Made by a program: the position numbers and the translations under genes. Positions 38,055 through 48,609 of a DNA stretch of 53,106 bases are shown in pieces. How positions within the stretch are numbered: the stretch's first letter is position 1; each line of letters begins with the position of its first letter. Below the pieces are notes generated by a model. It did no database searches. It was not told the origin of the DNA and saw only the letters and a list, made by a program, of their open reading frames with translations. This DNA is from Chara braunii (lineage: Eukaryota > Plantae > Charophyceae). The stretch is taken from positions 601,058 through 654,163 of the forward strand of contig BFEA01000027.1 in assembly GCA_003427395.1 (NCBI GenBank), written 5' to 3'.

Positions 38055-38144
38055 CTGCCTGCAAGATCTCCTTTCTCTCTCTCTCACTCTACTGCCGAAT
38101 CTCACGGCTAACCTAGCTCGCACTCGCCTCGCCACACAATCCGC

Positions 38145-39191
38145 CTAGGCCCTAATCGGTACCCCTATGCGCGGGAAGTGAGCGTCCACTGTGTCGTCCT
38201 CCCCCTCCTTGTCAACCTCACTCTCTGGGTCGACCCAGTCCGGCTCCCAGGCGTCCTCATCGTCCTCTCGCTCCCATCCGTCGTAGTCGTACTCGTCCTC
38301 GATGCGATATGGCGGGAGCCCGATCGCCTGATAATAACGCCTCAGCAAATACTCACGTATCAGGGGTCCGCTAGGTGCGTCACTCCACAGACTCTCTCAG
38401 TCCTCCCAAAAAAGCCTGCCTATGCAGGTGACGTACTCTGGTGCTGTCCTAAGTGCCCTATCCGGCCACTCCCAGACGTACGAGGGCGGCGGCACCCCTC
38501 TCTGAATATCGTCCCCTAACGAACTGATCAACTCTATCAGTTGGACCCTCTCGTCTCCCCAACGAAGACCTCTTGTCGCGAGGGAGTAATGCAAGTAGTA
38601 CTCGTCTAGACTGATCCTAACAAACTTTTATAGTTCTCTATAGGCCAAGTATGTCTCCACTATACCCCCTACGCCTCCGAAGAGTGAGTCTACGACAAAA
38701 GACGGGAGGATAGCCCTCAAGGCACTCGACAAATAGGGGAAAAAGTCGTTTCGAGCTATCAGCAGATGATCGCCCGTGATATCCAGAGGACGTCGGTTGT
38801 GAAACAAGGTTAACGGATCCTGTGCGTCGTCCGCATGAAACCCGTCGACCTCCTGCTGCAAAAATCCCTGGACCCTGTCGATAATCGGGTTGGTCCCTCT
38901 AATCGCTAGACTCAAAGCAGCCCCCTTAGCTGCCTCCTCTCCTAAGTAAAGATAGGCCCGTACTACTCCTCGTGTCTGACTCCCATACTCCTCCGTCACA
39001 TGTTGTCTGTACACCCACAGCCAAGCATCAGAAGTCAGAAAAACGGATTTTCACCCGAACTCTCTGTCGTGCAACTTAATAGGCCGCCCTGGGAGCGTGA
39101 GCTCTACCTGTCCTCCCTCTATGAGCTCCGGAGGCTCTATGTCCCAAGCTCGGGTGGCCTCGTAGACTTCTACCTGCTCTAAAGTCCACAT
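38145..39191 (-). pseudogene. Accessory ORF A (~348 aa, three premature stops), paralogue of ORF B, acidic Trp-rich tail
   Basis: ATG at 39191. Track ORFs 38628-39014, 38397-38594 and 38145-38348 are all in this frame, separated by single TGA/TAA codons. Confidence 0.75.
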
Positions 39192-39843
39192 CTGACTGAT
39201 GTCCACTGAAGAAGCAGTGGAGGGTTCGAGTTTCCTCGTCTACAAAGCGTGTGCTTTGTTTGAAGGGACCCTGCCCGTAGCTGCTCCGGCCGCCTCTATG
39301 AAGTAAGAAGCCCTTCCCAAGCTAAGTAAAGAGCAAAAAGGTTCACCCTCACTTTTTGGCTATTTTCTAAGCCATATTTATATTTTTAAAGAATTTTAAT
39401 AAGTTTAATTTAATTAAAAAAAAAATTAAGTAGAGGAAATCGACTAGCTCTACCCTACTGACTAAGGGTACGCTAGGCGGCCCTTAGGGAGTAGCGCGGC
39501 AGTCGCGCCTCTCAATTTTACACACCCTAGCTATTTATTTTTAATTTGTAGTATATAAATGGCAAATAAATAAATTTAACTAAAGAAAATCTTTTTTGCT
39601 GGACCCAACCCCTATGACGGGTAAGGTGATCTACTTCGCTTCTTTACTACTCCGATTCTCCTTTCCGTTTGCTATCTAGGAAATTTTCCTATATTTACTG
39701 TATTTAATTTACAGAAAATTCACTCCTGCAAGATTAAATTCCTTTCTTATTTTTCTTATATATATATTCCTTCTATGTGTCTTTATGCAAAATTTCCTGG
39801 TTTAAGAAGATCCCGACGAATTTTAACGGATTTCTAAAAATTT

Positions 39844-40244
39844 CGGCAGCACTTCGTCTCCCCCCGTTGGGACAGGGTGCGGCCGAAAGCCTTAAAAATG
39901 TTTGCCGCAAAGTATAACAAAAAGGAAAGAGTACCACAAAGGAATTTTAGGTTTTCAAATATTTTCTTTTAATTAAATTAAAATTAATAAAACTTGGTAA
40001 ATAGCCGAGAAATTTTTGCAGCACTTCGCCTCCCCCCGTTGGGATGGGGTGTGGCCGAATGCCTTAAAATAGCCGCCGAAGGAGTATAGCAAAAGGTAAA
40101 CAATTTCAAAAGAAAATTTTAATTTTTAATCAATTTTTGAGTATTTTCTCTAATTATTTCCTAATTGATTCGAAATATTAGACAAAATTTCAAGAAAAGT
40201 TTTGGCAGTATTTCCGCTCCCCCCGTTGGGATGGGGTTCGGAGC
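39844..40244. repeat. Three spaced GC-rich ~45-55-bp repeats in the AT-rich 5' leader
   Basis: gcagcacttcg.ctccccccgttggga.ggggt at ~39844, ~40018 and ~40204. Confidence 0.8.
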
Positions 40245-40462
40245 TTCCGCCCCTAACTCAATAACCCGAAGGAAGAGATGTCTGAATTTAAAAATAAAAT
40301 AAAACAAAATTTAATTTATTTATTTTTTTGTTATTTTTAGTATTTTCTTTAAATTAATTATATAAAAAAAAAAAACGCCGAAGAAAACAAAAGGCAAGTA
40401 TATTATACTCCCTCTTCGAGGTTGTTATCCGACCCCAAAACCCTGAATAAGACTTCTCCTAA

Positions 40463-40503
40463 TTAGGGTTTCACCTAATTAGGGTTTAACTAACTAGGGT
40501 TTT
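40463..40503 (-). promoter_or_regulatory. Three telo-box-like motifs (AAACCCTA) at 16-bp spacing
   Basis: TAGGGTTT at 40464, 40480 and 40495 on the + strand. Confidence 0.5.
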
Positions 40504-41134
40504 GGAGCTTTGCGCGCAACCACACGCTCTCCTCCAAAACTCGTTCCGTCCTAAAAAAAAATTCCGTTTACTCCACTCGAAATCTACAGAAACTTTGACG
40601 GATCACTTTTTCTTAATCCCCTTTACGGTATTTTACACGAAATTCTAAAGAAATTATATATTTAATTTTCGTTTTATTTCGTTTTTCTTTGCTGTTACGT
40701 TCCGCTCTTGCCTCTATCTACCTCCGTTTGCCCCATCCAAGGTATCAAAACGACGGGAAAAATAAACTAAACAAATTTGGTCCAAGGGGTTATTTAAAAA
40801 AAGAACCAATTTTCCGCAAAAATTAGAAAAAGAAAACTGAAATTTTCGAATTAATAAATAGGAAATTGAAAAAAATTCGTTATCTCAAAATCTGACCGTT
40901 AGATTTCAGCAAAAAATATCTCATAACGTTCGCCTTGTCGAGAGGACGAACTTTGCTCCCAGTGCGCCTCGTGCCAAAACGCGCAGATTGGGAGATAATG
41001 GAAAAATATATATATATATGAAATTAAAAAAAAAATTAAAAAAAATCAACTAATCAACTTTTTAAAAGCTAATTAGTTTCGCTTTCGCACCCCCGTTGAT
41101 TGGGGAAGGCCGTGGCCTTGGGGGTGCAATCCCC

Positions 41135-41152
41135 TCCCCGGCAACGGCGCCA
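41135..41152 (-). promoter_or_regulatory. Primer-binding site complementary to the tRNA-Asp 3' end
   Basis: Minus strand TGGCGCCGTTGCCGGGGA, 4 nt after the LTR-terminal CA. This is the tRNA-Asp PBS known from Athila-type elements. Confidence 0.92.
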
Positions 41153-41156
41153 AAGT

Positions 41157-42233
41157 TGTGAGGAAACCCGGGGAGGGGCTCCTACCGTTCGTTGAAGCGA
41201 AGGGCCACGGCGCCTGTCACTTGCCTCGCCCGCTTCGGAGGTCCTCAGCGACCAGCAGGCTCTTCTTGGGGATTGTACTTCCTACCACGTCCTCGCTCTA
41301 GGATGACTCACACAGTCTTTTCCACAGATCAAAATGTGGTCTGTTGCACGGTATTCACTGTGAGTTTATGAGAGTTAGTTCTAGATCCAGTTTGCTGAGT
41401 TCGACAGCAGTCAATTGGCTCGTGAAGAGCGGTTGTTGCCAGTGATCATTCTGGGTCGCGACATTTCAATTGAGGTATATCTCAGTATGAGTAGCACACT
41501 TATCCGAAAGCCGCCTCCAGATCCGTTTTGAAAAGCAAAGCAGACAATCGTGAGTCTAACGAAAGACCAGCTCTGTGGAGATGGCAAGTTCAACCAAGTA
41601 CCAAATCTGGAAATGATTTACTGCGTCAGAGAAACAGCGGGAGCAATAGCAAGGGGAAACAAATTCAGTTCATAGCTTGAAACGTGAGTGGGTCGTCGGA
41701 TCCTTCTCTTCCTGACCTTCTTCCCTAACTGTCACTCTCCTCCCTTTTTCTCTGTTCCTACCTTCAACCTCTTTTCAAGCGCTCCCTCTCTCTCTCTGCA
41801 TGTGCGTTGCTTATCTCTTTCTCTCTCTGTGTTCGCGCCTCGTGATTCTCTCCCTCTCTCTCCTTCCCTCTCTGTGTTGTTCTCGTGCTGTTCCCTCTCT
41901 CTCTCTCTCACTGTTTTCCTTTCTGTGTTGTTCTCGTGTTGTTTCCTCTATCTTTCTCTAACCGTGGCTCTTGTGCTGTTCCCTCCCCCGAAAGCAGGTT
42001 CAACGCCCTTGTTCCGAGAAGAAAGTTGCGGGCTTGTTAAGCCCGAAATTTGACTGTATCAGCCCTACTTTAGACGGTAGATTCGTGCTCATATTCCGAA
42101 GAGTATGCTGAGGGCATATCCGGCCCGAAAACTGAATGCATCTGCCCCATTTTGAGGCCAGGTCTAGAGCTCATAATCCGAGAAAAAAAAATAAAAATAA
42201 AAAATGATATAATAATAAAATAAAATCAAGAAA
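41157..42233 (-). repeat. 5' LTR (apparently truncated or interrupted at its outer end)
   Basis: Colinear with 19063-20368. Homology stops at 42233 and the expected TSD (CACGT) is absent. Confidence 0.88.
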
Positions 42234-43315
42234 CAGACATTTCGTTAAAATTGATATTTTTTACTATTTTCGCGAAATCAAAGTCCTTATTTTATGTCCA
42301 GAACAAGCCTTTTTTTTTATAAATGTTACATATATGATCCTATGGTACTATGCTACACATGTGCAAATTTTATGTCAGTTTTGTTTGTTTTTCTTTAGTT
42401 TGCTCTTTTTTAGTAACTCGACCATTAGTTTACCTTCAAAATTAGTTAGTTTTCTGCAACTTTGCTCGTGTTTATAATTTTTTGTGTCGTGTACTTGTTG
42501 TTATTATTTAAAGTTTTCTTGCTTTTTTTTCCATGCACATATCCACTTCACGTGTACAAAGCACTTCGTGCTTTGTTTTTTTGGCCTTTGTGTACTTTTC
42601 CCTATTTTGTGTGCGACAGTAACTCATTTTATTCATTATTTCTGTGTTCTTTTCGAAGTATTTTGTTTATTTTGTGCATTCATTATTCCATTGTAATGTG
42701 CAGTATAACATAATTGTTTTGCTCGTAACCACTTGTCTGTTCATGTTTAGAGTGTTACTTGTGTGTTTTATTTCTGATTACGACTGAATTGTCACTGATT
42801 TGACATCTAACGAGTAGCTTCATTTTCTACCAAACATATTTATTCAGTTAATTGGTGTGTTTTCGAGTATTGTAAAATCGCTTATTGGACAGAGCATACA
42901 TTTTGAATCGTAGTCGTGACACTGTGTCTGCCGCACAACGTGCATAACACGCACACACACACACTCACTTCAACATATAGAGACACACACACATACATAG
43001 ACACACATACACACACTCACACACACACACACACACACACGCACACACACACACACACACACACTTTTATTTGCTAACTCATGCATCTATGTATAAGATG
43101 ACGTGTCCGTTGCCACAGTAAGGACAGTCGTACACGTCTCTGCTCCAACCAGTTCACGGGGAACAAAATTTTTCTCTCCAAACTTTGCTAAAGATGAATG
43201 TGTCTGTTGTCACAGTAATGATAGTCTTACTCGTCTCTGCTCCAACCAGTTCACGTGGTACAAAACTTTTTTCTTCAAACTTTGCTAAACACATGACTTT
43301 TCTCTCGAAACTATG

Positions 43316-44287
43316 CTAAAAATGAATGTGTCCGTTTTTTCCACAATAAGGACAGTCGTACACGTCTCTGTTCCAACCAGTAGAAAATGTCACTGCTTTC
43401 TTCCCCCCACGTGTGTACTTTTTTTTATTAAAAAGAACGTCTAACGTGTCATCACGATGTTCAACGGTTGATGATATCTCATCATAATTATCAAACAGAT
43501 AATGAACCTGACTGTACACTAAGCATTCTATCCTCATATCGAGCTCTTTCCTTAGAGCGTGATCATGGGATATTCGAGTTTTGAAGCGCCCAAGCGATCC
43601 GGCGAGTGTAGGGTTGTTGAATGCTTCCTCAGGCGTAAGTGTGCCATTGTGAAACTCCTCTCTAGCAAGGAACAACGTGTTGATGTTTTTATCGTCCACC
43701 TTGGCCACTGTGAAAAGTGTCACAACGGTGGTATTACGATTCAACACCCGGATTCGACCATAAAAATCTACAAAGATCGGGAAGCGCATGTGCGGTTTTC
43801 CGATGCAAAACCAAGCACATTGCTTGGCATGTTTCCTATCCTGTTGTGACCGTTGCTGCTTCACACACAATGTTTTCCACGCGTCAATCATCTCCGTTGG
43901 TGTGACAGAGTCTTACGTATTGTCGTCGCCGTCGGACTCTGCATCGACTTCTTTCAGCAATGAGTACAAGTACCAGAAGTCTCTGTCGTCGTCACTACGA
44001 AGCTCAATGCCGTTGCCTCCCATGACCCAATACGTGGGGATTTCACCGTCCTGCGCGACCTTTTCGACAAGGTGCAAATAGCGAGAGTCTATGCAGACGA
44101 TGTCATTTTTCCATATATTTTTATCGAATATTATGAGATCCAAGGCCGGTGTATTTGAACTGTTGCCTTGTGATGAAGTGCCAGTCGATGATGCGTTGTT
44201 GTGCGACACATTGTGGTCGACATTCATCCTGCAATACGAAAATATTGTAGCATATGTTTCACATTTGTCACTACTGTGCACATTCAT
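43316..44287 (-). pseudogene. Unknown ~320-aa ORF with one in-frame stop and a C-terminal CxxC...H motif
   Basis: ORFs 43913-44287 and 43316-43891 are in the same frame, separated by one TAA. Ends DCPYCGKNGHIHF. The 3' end is partly duplicated at 43100-43290. Confidence 0.5.
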
Positions 44288-44983
44288 GCACTGTCATATC
44301 TTTAACAATTTGCAAGTTTCGACAACTCACATTACAAGTGCGCGTGTAATTCAATGTATGCTAACATAAGCATTATACGCATTTACTGTTATCTGCATTC
44401 AAAATAGAAACCTATTTTTATTTTATTTTTTCTGCTAATTCGTTTTTTCACATTTTTTAACACTTTTTTGTTTTTTTATATTGATCGCGCTTAATAAAAG
44501 AAAAAAAAGGAAAAAATTCTACACGCATTCATACAATTATTAAAGAGTCATTGTACACACACACACACACACGAACACACAAACATACACACATTGTAAT
44601 GGTCAATATCTAGTAGTTGTACACATAAACATACACACACACACACACACATACACACACACACACACATCCATCTGTACTTTGTGAACGTTGGTTTAAA
44701 AATTAACATTTTAAGAGTCATTATGATATCTGTCTATTCAATCAACATGCCTTAATTATAAAATATGTTTAATGGTATTTGTATGACTTGTATGCATATG
44801 CGCACGCAATTCTCGTCGTGATTATGAATGTCATTGCCCTCTGATCCTCTTCGCAGCATTCAAAATTGGCATCCACTGCGATTCATTTTTTGACCCATCT
44901 AACATGCACGGAGGTATCGGCGGTTGAGGCATGCTACTAAACTCTTTTATGAAAGCGGAATAATTTATAAGTAGTTTCCCTTT

Positions 44984-45250
44984 TCACATCAGTTTCGCTT
45001 TTTTCCCCTCAAGAATTTTCACAGCCCTCTTATAACACTCCCAGTAGTCTGGCTGCTTTGTCACCGTTCCTTGTCGTTCATAAATTCGCACGTCATATAT
45101 ATCAAACTCTGTGAATCTCACGACAACCACTAGTAATTTTGCTTCTTCCACTTCACATTTGACCATCGACATGTATTCATATGGAAATGTCCCGCCGTTC
45201 GTGATTGTTTTCATTGCTTCCGACACCGTTTGATTGATAACAGTCACCAT
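44984..45250 (-). CDS. Small unknown ORF (88 aa)
   Basis: ATG ORF with protein-like composition, co-oriented with neighbours in AT-rich DNA. Confidence 0.3.
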   Translation of the reverse strand: MVTVINQTVSEAMKTITNGGTFPYEYMSMVKCEVEEAKLLVVVVRFTEFDIYDVRIYERQGTVTKQPDYWECYKRAVKILEGKKAKLM

Positions 45251-45664
45251 TGCCCCCCGAACAACTCTTGTATCCCACGATTACTAAAATAATTATCGCT
45301 TGTTTCACAACCCTGCACGTTCTGCATGACCACAATCATGATTGTATGTACTATCAAATTAGATATTTTTACTTCTTATATTTACTTCGACGTTTCGTTT
45401 ATACGAATAATACTTTAATATTTCACTTGCATTTCTCATATCCATTGATTATCCTATAGTTTTTGGCACTATTGCACGACATATTTTGTCCATAATCTTA
45501 TGAAGTATCCCTTGTCGTTCAATTATCGCAACCACTTCGTATATTATATGTGATAACAAACTACATACTTTGACAACAGACATTGTACTTAAACACGTAT
45601 GTCACATTTTATATGATTTCTTCACTCATACCAGTACAAACATTTTCAGCCCAATGCGCAATTG

Positions 45665-46070
45665 TCTTTTTCCCACCAGCTCTTGCCTATCCATAATCGT
45701 TGCCTCCTACGAATAAACACATGTTTTCAAATCCCTACATGCAAATAATGGTTACATGAGTCGATCGGTCATTGACCAATTCCTATCATTTCCTTAATTT
45801 CTCACAATTTCCTCGCTATGACACTTCAATCGGTTATTGATCAATTGCTACATCACACGTGCTCCACACTTATGTTCTCGTACGATAGATAATTTATCTC
45901 TACTTTACATAATTTCGGCATAGCCAGCACAATGACCGATCGTCTTTTTCCCACCAGCTCTTGCCTATCTTTAATCGTTGCCTCCTACGAATCAACACAG
46001 GTTTTCATATCCCTATATGCGAATAATGGTTACGTGAGTCGATCGATCATTGATCAATGACTATCATTTC
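45665..46070. repeat. ~125-bp direct repeat pair
   Basis: tctttttcccaccagctcttgcctatc...ctatcatttc at ~45665 and ~45943. Confidence 0.85.
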
Positions 46071-47126
46071 GACGAATCCCATCCTACCATGCTACGACCG
46101 ATAATCCCACCATCGCGCTAACATTTCATCCTGCCATTTGATCTTCCCACAATTCAATGGTTGATCTTCGTCATGACACCCGACCACTCCCTGTCAGCCT
46201 GATGATCGAGTGTCTTCATGTAAAGCTTGTCCCTGCTTGCTCACGTTGAAGATGAAATTGTTTTCACCATTCAGGTGAGCAATAAGCAACGAGATTCCCC
46301 GTTCATCCGCTACCAGATTTGCTTCATTCCAAATTTTTTTTTCAACTTCGTCTTTTTCATTTTTGCACTATTCCTGTAGTGTACACCCAACGAAGTACCT
46401 TTGTAGCACTTGTCACAGCAATGCATGTTCTTTTACTAATATAAAGCAACATTGCGTCTCTAATCACACTACAAAAGCGCATCACGTGCCGGGATATCCA
46501 GAATTCTTCATCGTCCGTTTCTTCGTCGCCCAATAGTCTGCTTCTATCGATTCATGTCGCACAATGTGTCATTCCATGTTGAGCGTCGAAAGCAACACAT
46601 AAAACCCTTCCTCGTTCACGAAAGCGTGAATCGCATACCCAGCCAGAACCATAATAAACACTTTTCTATTTACCGATGCCCTCCTTCTTATACATGGCGG
46701 CAGGTTCGCGTGTGTCAGCCAGCTTAAAAAGTTTACATTGCATCTCCAGCGTCCAAAATTCCATTGTTGGGTAGAACATGGACTCGTCCATTGACTGAAA
46801 GCCGATAACGGTCATCTCTTGCCTTGCCCGATAGGGTATAAGTTTGTCGTACTGGACCACCTTCCCCCACTTATCCGATCGGCGAAGCCATGCTTGCTCA
46901 ATGTCCTTTTCCATCAGGATTGCAATGATCTCACTGTTTTGCAAAACAAATACCATATACGTCTGATGATGCACGTGTCGTACTGCTGCCAGTGACTTCA
47001 TTGCTTTCACATCGTCGCTCTTCTTGTCAGGCATCCCCGAGGCAGTACTGTACGGTCCGGCATCCCCTAAGCGCCACTGTATAGTTCCCACACGGTCCGG
47101 CGCCCCCGAGGCGGCAGTCCATACGA

Positions 47127-47450
47127 GTGTCCGTCGTTCTAGGGGGCAGTGGTCCAGCGTGTGGCCCTNNNNNNNNNNNNNNNNNNNNNNNNNNNNNNNN
47201 NNNNNNNNNNNNNNNNNNNNNNNNNNNNNNNNNNNNNNNNNNNNNNNNNNNNNNNNNNNNNNNNNNNNNNNNNNNNNNNNNNNNNNNNNNNNNNNNNNNN
47301 NNNNNNNNNNNNNNNNNNNNNNNNNNNNNNNNNNNNNNNNNNNNNNNNNNNNNNNNNNTGGCCCTGTGTCCGTCGTTCTCGGGGGCAGTGGTCCAGCGTG
47401 TGGCCCTGTGTCCGTCGTTCTCGGGGGCAGTGGTCCAGCGTGTGGCCCTG
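47127..47450. repeat. 42-bp minisatellite spanning an assembly gap
   Basis: Unit tggccctgtgtccgtcgttctcgggggcagtggtccagcgtg. Confidence 0.9.
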
Positions 47451-48229
47451 TGTGCCGCCCGGACGATTGCGCCCACTGTGGGACACCAGACACTCGTGTG
47501 ACCCGTTGGGGGCTGTGACCCGTTGGGGGCAGTGACCCTTCGCGCCCTGTGTGGGGCGGGGACGCCGCCAGACAAAACGATGAATGGTCTGGTGGCCCGT
47601 GGATGCTGGACCATCGCATGCTATGGCGTCCAGGGGAGGCTGGACGATCGCATGGTCTGGCGGCCCGGGGTCCCTGAAGCGCCGGACCATGCGGAAGTCT
47701 GACGTCCCAAAACCGACATACCATACGATGGTCCCTGAACCGCCGTCGCTTGGTCTGGCGCCCCTGGGACGCCGGACCATTGCATGCCACAACAGGGTCC
47801 TTCATTATCGGTCGCTGCAACAACACACGGTTCGGCGGCATGAGGTTGCCACCCCATGTGTCCGGTCAAGATGCACAGATAGCATGTGACATGGTTTGAG
47901 CGTGGATTGAAAGCACGCAGACATTCGTGGGGAATCGACAGACGATCATGTGTCATGCCCACACCCGCCATCATTCTCACCAACGAACGCACGAACATAC
48001 TGGACCATGTGGCTTCTCCACATCCACCATGTTTATCACCCGCGAACAGACCGACAAACCCATCACCATCGGACAAACCAATGCACTTATTCGCAACATC
48101 ACGCAAGCACCGCAACGAACACCGCCATACACGACCCGGGACGACATGGCAGGGTGAGACACGACACGGCACGCCCTTGGCACCGGACCTTCTCGTCATG
48201 CGGCCCTTCACACAGTGAAGGGAGGACCA

Positions 48230-48375
48230 TATGATCGTATGGTCCGGCGTCCCAGCGACGCCGGACCCCACGATGGTATGATCCGGCGTCACTGGCCATA
48301 TGATGGTATGGTCCGGCGTCCCAGTGACGCCGGACCATACCATCATATGGTCCGCCGTCCTCGGGACGCCGGATC
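48230..48375. repeat. Palindromic repeat cluster including a perfect 25-bp hairpin (48296-48350)
   Basis: ccatatgatggtatggtccggcgtc ccagt gacgccggaccataccatcatatgg. Confidence 0.85.
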
Positions 48376-48609
48376 GGTGTGCCCTTCCTCTCCCTCGATC
48401 CATGCCATCATAAGTTTCTGCGTCCTCTGGGTGTCGGTCCGTGCCGTGCGACGGACATGGCATCGTGCGCCTATCCGTTGTATTGCCAACCAACCCACCA
48501 ACAGGTTAGTCAATATCGTTGTCTGCTAACCTTGCAACATACTATACAATATCATAGGACCTCCAGACGCTTGCCACACCTCAATTTCATTACGCTTCGT
48601 TGAATCGTT

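Larger units (their letters stand above)
19063..42233 (-). mobile_element. Large Ty3/Gypsy (non-chromoviral) LTR retrotransposon with an accessory ORF cassette
   Basis: Two long direct repeats starting TGTGAGGAAACCCGGGG at 19063 and 41157; tRNA-Asp PBS; gag, PR, RT, RH, IN in Gypsy order on the minus strand. Confidence 0.93.

Noticed and set aside
38055-38080. Shine-Dalgarno-like AAAGGAG upstream of ORF B, suggesting a bacterial or phage insertion
   Set aside because: It lies in a GA-rich tract, the sense strand is purine-rich throughout, and the cassette has the same composition and decay pattern as gag-pol.
32235-39182. Plus-strand ORFs antisense to gag and the accessory cassette
   Set aside because: Shadow frames of minus-strand coding sequence, with S/L/P-biased composition.
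47024-48603. Many overlapping ORFs in GC-rich DNA
   Set aside because: Explained by stop-poor minisatellite and palindromic repeats; no protein motifs.
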